This document shows positions 26,395 to 36,570 of a stretch of DNA of 64,000 bases, in pieces. A program made the position numbers and the translations under genes. The first letter of the stretch is position 1. Each line of letters begins with the position of its first letter. The notes under the pieces were generated by a model, which saw only the letters and a program-made list of their open reading frames with translations, had not been told where the DNA came from and searched no databases. The stretch comes from Candidatus Parcubacteria bacterium (GTDB lineage: Bacteria > Patescibacteriota > Minisyncoccia > Phycocordibacterales > JAACPR01). Location of the stretch: contig JBEBBG010000015.1 in NCBI GenBank assembly GCA_041158505.1, positions 12,642 to 76,641 on the forward strand. Reading direction: 5' to 3'.

Positions 26395-27412
26395 TTTCTA
26401 GGGTTTCATCTCCAACAACATCTAGTGCAAAGTTAATCTTAGCATCTTGTAAGATGTTACTCAGGTGGTTGGTCCCCACATTAATTCTTGAAATACCACT
26501 TTTCGCCTTTCCTCTGTTTGTAAAGGTGAGCTTCGATCCAAGCGTTGGTAGATCAATTGGTTTTTCATTCTCTGTCCAGGAATACTCGATTGAGGCATCA
26601 TCACGGGATGATGCAGAAAAGAAGTAAGGAATAGCTACTAAACCAACCTCCTCCCTGTCAAAACGGAATCGTGAAGTAATTGCTCGTTCAAAAAGGTTTC
26701 CAAAAAGAGGGTTGCTCTCATACACGAGCACGGAAGTGTTTTTTGGTGTGACTTCGATTCTTTTCTGTGCTTGCACGCCCCCATTTACCGTCTCCACCAC
26801 TACAGTTACAAAGAAAGGGGTTGGAGCAAGGTTTCCAACAAAACTAATTGTATCTTTTCCAACACCTGATGCTTGCTGAAGTACTTGCCCATTTTTTTCC
26901 CATGTGTAGACAAGTTCTTTTGAAGAGATTTTTGTCCCACCCGTACGGATGTCTGGAATTGCCGCAATTGTCACAAGGGATTGTGGTGTGAAAAGAGACC
27001 TTCCTTTATAGAGCGGGGGTGTATAGGTGTCTGCTTCAACAAGCAAATCAACTGCCCCTGGAGTAAGGGTTATGCTGTCTTCATATGTTTTTCCATTTGA
27101 ACCAACAACACGAACTGAAACTGTTTGTGTTTGCCCAACTGCTGGTGTTGAAAAAATGAAAGTTCGAAGACCCAGCCCTGACGAGGTCTGACCGTCGCTC
27201 GTGTTCCAGGTTATGGTCGAGCGCCCAAGATCGATTGCGTAATTTTCTACTGTTGCTGTCACACTACTGTTTGCTGAGGGGATGCTTGGGCTTAGGGTGG
27301 TTGAAAGAGATCCGGTAAAAATATCTGGAGCAATTTGAGCTTTTGCGGCAGGTACGCCGAGTAAGAACAAAAACGCCAGTATGATCAAATAAAAAGCGGC
27401 GCGCTTAAACAT
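26360..27412 (-). CDS. Secreted Ig-like-domain hypothetical protein
   Basis: Signal peptide ending AKA-Q, beta-rich, EADTYTPPLYKGR, L.Y.W, YE.NPL.G. Confidence 0.75.
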   Translation of the reverse strand: MFKRAAFYLIILAFLFLLGVPAAKAQIAPDIFTGSLSTTLSPSIPSANSSVTATVENYAIDLGRSTITWNTSDGQTSSGLGLRTFIFSTPAVGQTQTVSVRVVGSNGKTYEDSITLTPGAVDLLVEADTYTPPLYKGRSLFTPQSLVTIAAIPDIRTGGTKISSKELVYTWEKNGQVLQQASGVGKDTISFVGNLAPTPFFVTVVVETVNGGVQAQKRIEVTPKNTSVLVYESNPLFGNLFERAITSRFRFDREEVGLVAIPYFFSASSRDDASIEYSWTENEKPIDLPTLGSKLTFTNRGKAKSGISRINVGTNHLSNILQDAKINFALDVVGDETLENELQTGNVTVF

Positions 27413-27482
27413 ACATCCATTGTAGCAGAGATAAAAGCGTGGTCTCAACTAGTTTGCACGCAGGGTGTTCGTGTTTTCAAAA

Positions 27483-28049
27483 CTAGGCAGCTGTTCTGCT
27501 AGAAACGTACGCATCAATGTTTTGATTAAGTCTTGCAACTTTTTTCGGAACAAACCTTTGAACCTCATCCAAAATAAACCAGAAAGCCTTTACTACTTTT
27601 GTGTGGTGATAGTGAACAGAGAGAATCAAAAACGTGTTGGCGGTGATGACGTCGTTAAAAGGGATGGCATCACTGATTGCAAAAAGTACAAGCATGAGCA
27701 TTATTTTTCGAAGGATAATCTTCTGAGTTATCCTGCTTATCGTGCCGCTTTCTTTTCCAAAAAACCAGAAAAAATTTATAACCCAAGTTAGTATTTTAAA
27801 AATCCAGTAAACAACAACACCAACACCTGTTAACGAAAGAAGGGACGCCGCTATAGAGAGGGTGTCAAAAATTGCATTTATTAAAACAATAAGTGTTGGG
27901 AATGGTGGTAGCTTTGGACGGTTTTCTAGAAGTTGAATAGACGCATCCCGATCAATATCAGTCGCAAATGTTTCTTTAAAGCGCCCCTGAAACTCTCTAA
28001 GGTGACGTTGGCTAGAACGAGCGTGGCGCACTATATTTCCGTCAGGCAT
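27483..28049 (-). CDS. Hypothetical membrane protein in the T4SS-like cluster
   Basis: Three to four hydrophobic segments; directly follows the VirB4-like gene. Confidence 0.65.
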   Translation of the reverse strand: MPDGNIVRHARSSQRHLREFQGRFKETFATDIDRDASIQLLENRPKLPPFPTLIVLINAIFDTLSIAASLLSLTGVGVVVYWIFKILTWVINFFWFFGKESGTISRITQKIILRKIMLMLVLFAISDAIPFNDVITANTFLILSVHYHHTKVVKAFWFILDEVQRFVPKKVARLNQNIDAYVSSRTAA

Positions 28050-28053
28050 ACCC

Positions 28054-29925
28054 CTATCGTACACCCTTAATCTCTAGTCCACCACGAAGAGCTTCTGGAT
28101 TTGCCATACCACCAGATGCGCGGAGTTCTTCTTTTGCACGCTTAATTTGCAGCACCTGTGATGGGTCTGAGGTGATGATCTGGTCTTCAGTGTATGAGGC
28201 GATAATTTTAATCGCAATGTGCTTGATGCCAGCAAAGAAGATTCCCTCTCCCACTCCAGACTCAAGGAGAAGATACTTCTCTTCCTCGGTGAGGTTAAAG
28301 GTTTGCTGAATCATATCGATTGCAGTCGGTGATTGTTTCAAGAGGAGCTGGATTGATGAGTTGGTGATGATCGGCATACCGTATGGCGATCGAAGGAAGT
28401 CCTCAACGTCTTGGGTAATGGTAGACATACCGAGATAGTATTTTCGTCCTCGTTTTGCAAGCCCAAAGAGGAACGACGCGGTGTCGTCTGATTTCATCAT
28501 CCACCACGCCTCATCGATTACGAGCAGTCGCTTTTTGAGCTCTTTGCGCACAGCATTCCAAATGAAGTGCGTCACAAGGTACATTGCAACCGGCTTAAGT
28601 TCATCTTCCATGTCTCGAAGCGAGAACACGATGAAGCGCTTGTTTACGTCGATGTTTGTTGGTTTGTTGATGAAACCTGCCCAGGTACCACGTGTGTACT
28701 TTGAAAGCTTTTGAGCCATACTCTCCCCTCCCTCCATGCCGGAGAGCACATACTCGAAGTCAGAAAGAAGTGGTGGTTCAATATTTGAGAAATCACTTTC
28801 GGGAGTAATGTCTTTAAGCGCGTACGTTTCAGAAATCGCGCGATCAACGAGCGCATCTTCCTCAGGGGTGAGTCCACCAAGCATGAGTCGGAAAAGACCA
28901 ACAAGGTTCACAATATTTGATCGGAGCACGTCACCTGCAGATTCATCTGGTGTTGGTGGTGCAAGGTCAAACGGGTTGATGTGGTGATCTGAAGTAAGAG
29001 AAATATTGAAGTAGCGCCCGCCTGTTGCTTCCGCAAGGAATTCATATTCACGTTCCGGGTCGATTACAATGACGTCGGTGTCGAGCATCAGGGTGCGCAA
29101 GATCTCGAGCTTTGATGCGTACGATTTACCAGAACCAGCCTTTGCAAAGGTAACTGAGTTGTAGTTTTCAAGACTGAATCGGTCAAAGAGGACGAGCGAG
29201 TTGTTGTGTCGGTTAATACCAAAGAGAATTCCCTTATCCGAGGTAAGGTCAAACGAGATGAATGGAAAGAGGCTCGAGAGTGGTGCTGAGTTGAGCTTTG
29301 AATGCACGCCGAGAAGATCTTGCCCTGTTGGAATAACGGTCTTAAATGCCTCCTCCTGCTGGAAGAGTGCAGGCTTTACGTACACCAACTTTGCTTCGAG
29401 AATCGACTTTACCTCAGAATCGAACTTGTCGAGCTCATCTTTGTTGTCCGCATAGATGCTGATATAGAGACCAACATCAAAGATTTTCTCTTGTGCCTGC
29501 TGGAGGTTGTCACGGAGAATTTCAAGGTCTTGGTATGCGGTGTCGAGTACAGGATCGCGTACAAGCCCCTTCTCTTCTCGGGTGTGAATCTGGCTCTGCA
29601 CTTCGGCTACTTTCTTTTTAAATTGTCGAAGGATGGTTGCGGTATCGATTGGGTGCACAAAAATCGATACATCAAATACTTTGTCGAGGTTGATGATTGG
29701 TGCAAACCACGAGTCTGAAAGGAAGCGTGGGTACGAGATAACGAAGAACGTGCGCACCATTTTGTCACCAAGGTTGATGTCACGAGGGCTCATCTTGAGC
29801 GCTGAAGGCGCAATCACGTCTTGTAGCTCAAGCACGCCCGCCTCGTAAATTTCTTGTGGAAGAAATGACGTAATGTCAGGTGTTTTTGGAGCTTCCTTTT
29901 TCTTTAGAAAATCAAAGAGGGCCAT
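28054..29925 (-). CDS. VirB4/TraC-like ATPase (T4SS)
   Basis: GILFGIN.HN, AKAGSGKSY Walker A, VIDPEREY, HINPFD, LVIDEAW Walker B, KRGRKY..G...ITQ. Confidence 0.9.
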   Translation of the reverse strand: MALFDFLKKKEAPKTPDITSFLPQEIYEAGVLELQDVIAPSALKMSPRDINLGDKMVRTFFVISYPRFLSDSWFAPIINLDKVFDVSIFVHPIDTATILRQFKKKVAEVQSQIHTREEKGLVRDPVLDTAYQDLEILRDNLQQAQEKIFDVGLYISIYADNKDELDKFDSEVKSILEAKLVYVKPALFQQEEAFKTVIPTGQDLLGVHSKLNSAPLSSLFPFISFDLTSDKGILFGINRHNNSLVLFDRFSLENYNSVTFAKAGSGKSYASKLEILRTLMLDTDVIVIDPEREYEFLAEATGGRYFNISLTSDHHINPFDLAPPTPDESAGDVLRSNIVNLVGLFRLMLGGLTPEEDALVDRAISETYALKDITPESDFSNIEPPLLSDFEYVLSGMEGGESMAQKLSKYTRGTWAGFINKPTNIDVNKRFIVFSLRDMEDELKPVAMYLVTHFIWNAVRKELKKRLLVIDEAWWMMKSDDTASFLFGLAKRGRKYYLGMSTITQDVEDFLRSPYGMPIITNSSIQLLLKQSPTAIDMIQQTFNLTEEEKYLLLESGVGEGIFFAGIKHIAIKIIASYTEDQIITSDPSQVLQIKRAKEELRASGGMANPEALRGGLEIKGVR

Positions 29926-29928
29926 ATG

Positions 29929-30561
29929 CTAATTGTGTGGTAATGGTTTCTCAACATCACCTGGATTAAAGAGTCGGTAAAAGATTTCAATCACCTCTTC
30001 GGTGCCAAGTTGCACTGCGCGAATACCGCTGCGGACGATTCCAGACCGCACAACGGCGATACGCTGTTCAAGCTGGCTGCGTGCTTCCTCAAAATCTTCA
30101 GTCTTCATGTTTGCGTCTTTTTTGCCACCAAACGGATTGCTTACCTTTTTGCCGCGAACATCAATCGTTGGTGGTGTGTACGGAACTGTAATGTAAAAGG
30201 TCTTGGTCATAATGTTGGTGCGCTCAGTAAACGCTTGGATGAATCCAATGTACTCTTTGATTTGCACGCGCATGAGGTCGTTAATTTGCTCTCGCTCGCG
30301 AGCTTCAAGCATTGCTACGTATGGACGAATGTCGAGACGTCTCGACTGGATGAAGATTTGAACCGAGAAATTGAGCGAGTTGAGAAACTGTTGGAATTGG
30401 AAAATGATTGCACTCTGCTCCTCTTCTGATTTGAGCGCAAAGTTGATTGAAGAGGTCATGAGGATTGCGCGCATTGAACCATCCTTGAGCACAAGAATAC
30501 CGTCACGCACTTCACGCACGGGGACAAAGTCCTGTGTTGTTTTTGAGTTTGCTGCTGCCAT
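29929..30561 (-). CDS. VirB4 N-terminal-like (TraC-family) T4SS partner
   Basis: TQDFVP..EVRDG, INFALKS.EEQ.AI..FQ.FLNSL.F.VQI; lies between the PrgI and VirB4 genes. Confidence 0.75.
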   Translation of the reverse strand: MAAANSKTTQDFVPVREVRDGILVLKDGSMRAILMTSSINFALKSEEEQSAIIFQFQQFLNSLNFSVQIFIQSRRLDIRPYVAMLEAREREQINDLMRVQIKEYIGFIQAFTERTNIMTKTFYITVPYTPPTIDVRGKKVSNPFGGKKDANMKTEDFEEARSQLEQRIAVVRSGIVRSGIRAVQLGTEEVIEIFYRLFNPGDVEKPLPHN

Positions 30562-30605
30562 ATCGTGCATTCATTATACACGACTGTACGAAACGAAAAC
30601 GTGGG

Positions 30606-31043
30606 TTACTGACGTGTGCGCGGATCAACGTCCTGGAGTGTTTGCAACGTCTCGTGAATATCGAGTCCCCACGATAAATCTTTGAGCTTACTGTTTGTTA
30701 CTTTTGGCACCTCTTGCGTAACGTACTGAATGACTTCGGCCGCTTTCTTCTCAGGTGTTTTTTCCCGTTTTTTCCAGAGGTATAACTTTGGTGAAAAGAT
30801 GAAACGAAACGCTGTTTCGAGGACCACAACAAGCGGCCGATTGTTTACTTGGTAAAAGGCAAAGCCAAAAAAGAGGAGTACTACTGGTAAGCCAATGACA
30901 ATTGCTAGAACCTTGGGCATGGTAGTCCAAAAGATGAAGGCGAACGCCAACCCCGCAGCCGAGTACAGGAACTGTTTAAGGGTGAGTGGTCCAAAAATCT
31001 TATCTTCTACTTCAAGGAATTGTGGTACTTGGTATTTTGCCAT
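30606..31043 (-). CDS. PrgI-family (VirB3-like) membrane protein
   Basis: YQVPQF.EVEDKIFGPLTLKQF, two TMs, RP, P..Y.W. Confidence 0.85.
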   Translation of the reverse strand: MAKYQVPQFLEVEDKIFGPLTLKQFLYSAAGLAFAFIFWTTMPKVLAIVIGLPVVLLFFGFAFYQVNNRPLVVVLETAFRFIFSPKLYLWKKREKTPEKKAAEVIQYVTQEVPKVTNSKLKDLSWGLDIHETLQTLQDVDPRTRQ

Positions 31044-31055
31044 AGGGGTACGTAT

Positions 31056-31910
31056 TTAGGCGATTGGCTCTCGGTATGGGTCTGTTGAGCCGTATGTTCG
31101 AGTTGTTGGCGTGGCTGGTGATGCTTCACCACTAACTGTACTCTCTGATGTTTCAAGTTCTAGACGGTTCTTTGCGGCGGTAACTGGCTGACCAAGCTTT
31201 GCTGCAACAATTGGATCAAGGTGTTTTGGTACAAACTGCTTAACTGCGGCAAGAGGCGGCGCTGGTTGCGTTTTTACTATAGGAGCAGGGCTCATCTGGG
31301 GAGCGGTTTTTGGAGTTGTTGGTAGGGTGATTACTTTCTCGATATGTGCTGGTACGGCAGTGTGAGGAGCTGGTGTTCCCGCAAGGAGTATCGGTTTGCT
31401 CTGTGGAATTGGCTTACCCTGGAAGAGCGCAACCGGAGAAACATCTAACTTTTTTGTTGAATAGCGAGCGGTACTTCCCTTTGATGGCAAGGTGACCTCG
31501 TTGTCTTCTTTGACTGCGGCTGCAATATCATCATCAGCCTTTGTGAGCTCGTTTGAAACACGCTCAACATCGTCGATGGTGTCATGAGATTCTGTAATGC
31601 CAACTAGTTTTTCACGAATGTTTCCAAAAATGTCGCGCTCGATATCGGCCGCGATTGCTGCGGCTTGTTCATCTGATACCCGTGCACCCTCTTTGGCGTT
31701 CTCAACAAAGGCATCCGGATCCTCCATGCCAAGCATGGTGACAAAGATGAGGCTCTCAAGTGCTGCCCCTTGATCGATGTGTAGCTGGTACTTCTCGACG
31801 ATGTTTCGAACTTTCTCTTGCCAGTTTGAATTAAGCACAATATCCTGCACTACTGGCGGAAGTGTGTTGAACTGTTCTTTAATGAGGTTTTCTGTTTCTT
31901 GCGAGATCAT
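31056..31910 (-). CDS. Hypothetical protein (helical N-terminus, Pro-rich linker, DPYREPI tail)
   Basis: 284-aa ORF packed tightly in the minus-strand run. Confidence 0.75.
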   Translation of the reverse strand: MISQETENLIKEQFNTLPPVVQDIVLNSNWQEKVRNIVEKYQLHIDQGAALESLIFVTMLGMEDPDAFVENAKEGARVSDEQAAAIAADIERDIFGNIREKLVGITESHDTIDDVERVSNELTKADDDIAAAVKEDNEVTLPSKGSTARYSTKKLDVSPVALFQGKPIPQSKPILLAGTPAPHTAVPAHIEKVITLPTTPKTAPQMSPAPIVKTQPAPPLAAVKQFVPKHLDPIVAAKLGQPVTAAKNRLELETSESTVSGEASPATPTTRTYGSTDPYREPIA

Positions 31911-31913
31911 AGG

Positions 31914-33980
31914 CTATTCTTCTTTTTTATCACCCTTCGCGGCTTTAAGTGCTTTTATGATGTCGTATTTAACATCACGTTCTGCTTTAGCGAGTTCCTT
32001 TGCAATCGTTTTACCAGCAGCTGTTCGAGCAGGCTGCACCCATTTTAACTTACCAGCACCGCTTCGATTAAGCTGATCCCTATAGGTTTCAATGTAAACA
32101 TTCTTACTCTTATTGTATTTCTCTTTTGCTTCTCGAACGTCTTTCTTGGCAGTAGCGATTGATGCTTTTGAAGCATTAGTATCAATGAGGGTTTGGAGAG
32201 TTGCTTCCTTTGCATCAAGGTCTGCTTTATTTGGCTTAACAATATCATTACTGTCTGATACTTGCCCGATTGCTTCTGCTGCAAAGTTTGTAATTTTTTC
32301 TCGATTACTCTTAATGCTCGATGCATATCCTCCCTTACCCCCTGCAGCTCCAAATGCTTTATCCCCTACACCGGTTGCACTTGCGACTCCGGTAAATGTT
32401 TTTGAATTTCGAGCATCAAATGAGGCGCTGCCAATTCCTCGAGTTGTTTGAAGAGCAAATGCACCAATACGAGATTTTGCAGCCCACTCTTTAAATCCAT
32501 CTTTATCGGCAGCCCAGTTTGCAACGCGTCCAGGGAATTGTCTTCCAGCAAAAGCTGCGGTTCCAATAGCTGCACCACCAACTTTTGATGTAATGTTGCC
32601 GCTAAGTTTTGCAAGCGCTTTGTTTCCCATTGAGTGCATTTGTTTTGCTGCATAGAGGGCTCCAAGAAAGAGGCCAATAACGATACTGTATCGAACTAAA
32701 GGACTTGCTGCTGATGCAACCATTTTTACTATTGTTGATTGGACGCCCGCACTTGCCGCCGAAAAACCAACCTGAATACCAGAGGGGCTTGAAGTTTTTA
32801 CTATATCGAGTATTCCCTCTCCTCCGCTTCCTCCCATAAGCTTAAAGGCGATGAGTAGAAATAGTAGAAAAACAGGCAATGAAAAAGCATTTCCTATGAG
32901 TGAATCCCACCACTCCTGCGACATTTTTTTTGTCATTGGAAAGGCTTTTCCTACAAAACCAATTGGAGACAGAATAAGTAGAAAAACAATGATGAGGGTT
33001 CTCGCAATCAACATGAAAGCCCCAATAAACATCACAATCGCAAGTATGATGACGACCGCAATGGTCATTACAACACCAACACTTACCTGTATGAGTTGAT
33101 CAGTCGCACCGCTGTAGGTACTTTCATTGTTGCCAACTAATCCTGCACTATCCTTGCTTATTTTTAAGGCGTCTGTCTTTTCTAGTATAAAAGAACTTAC
33201 ACTTCTATCTCCAAGAACATTTTCAATGCTCTTCATGACAGAAAGAGCAAATTGGTTTGAGACGTCAACGATGACAGCCGCAAAAAAGAAGCTAAAGTTT
33301 ACGAGTAGGGCGGCAATAATGACATTTTTGAGAGCCTTTTTTGCTTCGCCGCTCTCTGTTTGTAAAATAAGGTTAATAGCGACGTAGAGTAAGATAAAGA
33401 CAAAACCAATGTTTACTAAGTCTCTAAAGATTTTCCATGCTTCATCTACAGACGCTCGAACGTTGCCACCCTCAGCAACCATAGAACTTAGACCGTAGGT
33501 ACTGATATTGATTGCTGTGTCGAGAAAAAAACCAGCAATGTAGAGTGTTAGTGATGCAACCCAGGTAATTGCAACTCCTATAGCACTAATTCCTGTCGTA
33601 AGACCTTTTAAAACAGTGGCAACTGTTTTCTCTAAACCAGATTTTTTAACTGTTTCAACAGCCGCTGCCCCGTCGTTAAATGCGTTTACCGGGTTTAGAC
33701 CTCGACCAAGTGCGTTAAAGAAGCCTTGGGCGCCCTCTTGCCCACTAATGGCCTTATTGTAGGACGCATTTTTGTCTAAACCGTTTAAACGAGATTGTAT
33801 GTAGTCGTCAACTAGTGCGCTGCGCAAGCTTGGCGGAATATTTGCTTCTCCAAAAATTTGCTGGGCTTCTTGTGCGTAGTTTTGATTTTGGGCATTTGCC
33901 GTGCTCGGTGCGTTAACAAAAAAAAGTCCAAGTAATACAGTACACAAAAAAATATGTTGTAAAACTCGACGCGCTCTCAT
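31914..33980 (-). CDS. Polytopic VirB6/TrbL-like membrane protein
   Basis: W.IFRDLVN..F.F.L, AALLVNFS, R......L.ILSP, WW..L, multiple TMs, G/A-rich tail. Confidence 0.75.
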   Translation of the reverse strand: MRARRVLQHIFLCTVLLGLFFVNAPSTANAQNQNYAQEAQQIFGEANIPPSLRSALVDDYIQSRLNGLDKNASYNKAISGQEGAQGFFNALGRGLNPVNAFNDGAAAVETVKKSGLEKTVATVLKGLTTGISAIGVAITWVASLTLYIAGFFLDTAINISTYGLSSMVAEGGNVRASVDEAWKIFRDLVNIGFVFILLYVAINLILQTESGEAKKALKNVIIAALLVNFSFFFAAVIVDVSNQFALSVMKSIENVLGDRSVSSFILEKTDALKISKDSAGLVGNNESTYSGATDQLIQVSVGVVMTIAVVIILAIVMFIGAFMLIARTLIIVFLLILSPIGFVGKAFPMTKKMSQEWWDSLIGNAFSLPVFLLFLLIAFKLMGGSGGEGILDIVKTSSPSGIQVGFSAASAGVQSTIVKMVASAASPLVRYSIVIGLFLGALYAAKQMHSMGNKALAKLSGNITSKVGGAAIGTAAFAGRQFPGRVANWAADKDGFKEWAAKSRIGAFALQTTRGIGSASFDARNSKTFTGVASATGVGDKAFGAAGGKGGYASSIKSNREKITNFAAEAIGQVSDSNDIVKPNKADLDAKEATLQTLIDTNASKASIATAKKDVREAKEKYNKSKNVYIETYRDQLNRSGAGKLKWVQPARTAAGKTIAKELAKAERDVKYDIIKALKAAKGDKKEE

Positions 33981-34041
33981 TACATTCTAGTATAGCAGTA
34001 GAAGATGTATTGACACACCCTATCTGTGAATACATCTTCTC

Positions 34042-35577
34042 CTATGTTCTGTCCCCTAGTATGCTAGATTGCTTTGAAGAATTAGGAAGAAGCTTTGACG
34101 GCGGCTTTGTTAGTTGTTCTTGAAGAGCATCCAAAAGCTCCTCACCCTTCTCGTCGATATTTACGAGGCGTTGCTCTGCTAATCCTATTCGGTTTTCTGA
34201 AACCATTTTGATAAAGCTGCCCGGAATCTCAACGTCCCCGGTGTCTTGATCTTTTTTGCTCAAATATCCGTCGTTCATCTCGTACTCAGCTAGTTGCAGG
34301 TTAATACTGTTTGCTTGAATAGTTTCAATTTCTGCTTGTGCAGATAAGAAGCGGAGTAAATCACTGTTGACTGGATTAAGCCGAACAGCCAGTGTGTCCC
34401 AAGGATTTTTGCTCTCTTGCTCCTGTTGCTTTTGCTGTTCATGAATAGGTACACCATATTCGCTGGCCATGAGATTTTCTACGACGGTGTCACCTTGGCT
34501 GCCTTGTTGAGATTTTTTATATTCATCAATAAAAGACTCGAAATGCATTTGGGATAGATCACTGAGTGCCTGAGGGAGATTTTGAACAAATGCAGGGTTA
34601 CCACCAAAAGCTGTGGTGATGTAATTCCCTGAGCTCTCCACAACCGCGGCGGCCATCGCATCAGCAACACAGTTATCTGCAGCGTCGTATGATTTACTAC
34701 TTCCTCCTGGTTCCCCCGCGTCTTTACGCACAAGTTCCCACACGTACGCGTTAATGGTGAGGGTGTCGACGGGGACAGCATATTCCCCTGTTGCTTGAGA
34801 TGTGTTGCTTGATAAGCCACTTCCTTCCCCTCCTCCAATACCACTGGTGGTTTCTTTGTTACACTCAGTTGTTGCTTCTGTAAGGCTTGTGGGTTTGCCG
34901 TCGCCATCCGCATCACCGGTTGCACGAATAATGTCGCCACCCTGCTCCGGCTTCTCTGGTTCGTTTATAGGAACTTCATTTGGTTCAAATTCCTGAGATT
35001 GACCAGCGTTTCCAAGAGGGCTGCCTCCCGAATTTCCTCCAAGTAAATTCTGGACTGCCTGCGGTACACCCCCCTGTCCTCCTTGCTGTCCTCCGCCAAG
35101 CAGGTTCCCTAACGGGTTATTCCCTCCTCCGGGTAGTTGTGGCAATTGTGGCAACTGCGGCGTACTTCCTCCTTGGTTACCAAGGTTAGGAAGATTCACA
35201 TCTGCTTTTACATCTACTTCACAGGTTGCTTCTGCGCGCTCCCCGTTTGAAACAACGATAACGGTTGCCTTTTTTGTGCCGTAGCTACCGTAGCTGGTAG
35301 TGACCTGGGGCTTATCAACTGTTGTAATATTTACGCCACGCCACCGATACGCAATTTTACTTTCTGTACCTCGAACAGTTGCTCGCCAGATTACTGGCTC
35401 ATCACGTCCAACCTCTGCTTTTGAGGGAGCACAGGTTACTTTAAGCGTCGTTGCTTGAGCGTACCCAAGGTGTGGCAACAGCTGCACAACAAGTAGACCA
35501 CCGAGAATGGTAACAACTAACCCGCTTAAAACGAGCGGCTTGTATAGGATTTTTGTTGTTTTTAGAAATCGTTCCAT
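34042..35577 (-). CDS. Membrane-anchored hypothetical protein with PKD-like domain and Gly/Gln/Pro linker
   Basis: TM, C.P......V.W.A....Y.W.G......Y...G.K.A.V PKD-like pattern, (PQL)3 repeat, GGNPAFV and GYLS..PGS motifs. Confidence 0.7.
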   Translation of the reverse strand: MERFLKTTKILYKPLVLSGLVVTILGGLLVVQLLPHLGYAQATTLKVTCAPSKAEVGRDEPVIWRATVRGTESKIAYRWRGVNITTVDKPQVTTSYGSYGTKKATVIVVSNGERAEATCEVDVKADVNLPNLGNQGGSTPQLPQLPQLPGGGNNPLGNLLGGGQQGGQGGVPQAVQNLLGGNSGGSPLGNAGQSQEFEPNEVPINEPEKPEQGGDIIRATGDADGDGKPTSLTEATTECNKETTSGIGGGEGSGLSSNTSQATGEYAVPVDTLTINAYVWELVRKDAGEPGGSSKSYDAADNCVADAMAAAVVESSGNYITTAFGGNPAFVQNLPQALSDLSQMHFESFIDEYKKSQQGSQGDTVVENLMASEYGVPIHEQQKQQEQESKNPWDTLAVRLNPVNSDLLRFLSAQAEIETIQANSINLQLAEYEMNDGYLSKKDQDTGDVEIPGSFIKMVSENRIGLAEQRLVNIDEKGEELLDALQEQLTKPPSKLLPNSSKQSSILGDRT

Positions 35578-36527
35578 ACGTTTCCAAGTTCGTTACTATC
35601 AAAAAGTATACCATTCGATTTGAAGTATAGAGCGAGAGATTTCAGGTGTTCACGTTGTGTGGTTGGAAGCGCGTCGTAGTTTTGTTGTGCAAGGAGGCTG
35701 TAAACAGGATCGTTGCCTGTAAGGAGGAGCTTTGGAAGGTATACAGAGGCGCGGTATAAGTTATTAGTAAAATCAAGATGTGCCGCTACTGCTCCGTCTG
35801 GTACGGGCATCATTGAAAGCTCTTCGGCAAAGCTTTGGTAGTAAGCTTTAAGTGTGTTGACGTAGTCCTCGGGGGTGGTGTTTTTTGAAACCGAAGCAAG
35901 AGCAATTGTGTAACGAGTGTAGGTTCCAGCAAACGCGTTGCCATACTGGCGAACCTTTTCTGTATCGGCGTCACTAACTGTTTGGAGCTCAAAAACAGAG
36001 TATTTGTCAGGAATACTCACCTCTTCGCGGGCCTCCGCCGCAATCTGAGCCGTAAGAGCCGGAATTGTGTCATCTGTCATTTTTCCAGACTGCTTTAAAA
36101 GCAAGTAGTTTGAAATGAGCTTTGAGCTAACGATTTCAGAGAGGCTGCCGGGATTATAAAACAGAGAAGGTGTTGAGCTGCTTGTTGCAAACAGCATGTC
36201 GTCTGGTCCTGGGGTGAGCGGATCTCTGCCGCCGCGTGCTTCTGTCCCATCGAGCGCACCATCGCCGTCAGTGTCGGGGTTATTGCTGTCTGTGCCGCGC
36301 ACGGTTTCCTCCCAATCAAAGAGCCCATCATTGTCGGCGTCTGGGGCAACAAGGGTGTTGTTTGGAAAGATAGTTTCAGCTGTAAGCTCTACTGCTGGTG
36401 TCTCTGGTGCTGATGCTCGTTTTTCCGCGATGGCGTTTTTAATTTGATCAACAGCAATAATCCCTAGGGTAATCACGGCAACGGTTCCAACAATCATGAT
36501 TCGATTTTGATTCGCGCTTCGTGCCAT
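35562..36527 (-). CDS. Membrane-anchored protein with thrombospondin-type-3-like DxDxDG calcium-binding repeats
   Basis: DADNDGLFDWEE..GTD.NNPDTDGDGALDGTE..GRDP. Confidence 0.75.
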   Translation of the reverse strand: MARSANQNRIMIVGTVAVITLGIIAVDQIKNAIAEKRASAPETPAVELTAETIFPNNTLVAPDADNDGLFDWEETVRGTDSNNPDTDGDGALDGTEARGGRDPLTPGPDDMLFATSSSTPSLFYNPGSLSEIVSSKLISNYLLLKQSGKMTDDTIPALTAQIAAEAREEVSIPDKYSVFELQTVSDADTEKVRQYGNAFAGTYTRYTIALASVSKNTTPEDYVNTLKAYYQSFAEELSMMPVPDGAVAAHLDFTNNLYRASVYLPKLLLTGNDPVYSLLAQQNYDALPTTQREHLKSLALYFKSNGILFDSNELGNVWNDF

Positions 36528-36534
36528 ACGTCAC

Positions 36535-36566
36535 CACAGTATACCAAACGTGCGTGGTATACTGTG
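36535..36566. promoter_or_regulatory. Symmetric bidirectional promoter
   Basis: 12-bp inverted repeat CACAGTATACCA-N8-TGGTATACTGTG, each arm holding a TATACT box 7-10 nt before a divergent ATG. Confidence 0.6.
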
Positions 36567-36570
36567 CAGA

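Noticed and set aside
35131-35160. Three 9-bp units encoding PQL-PQL-PQL
   Set aside because: Degenerate at the DNA level and inside a low-complexity linker. No sign of a contingency locus.
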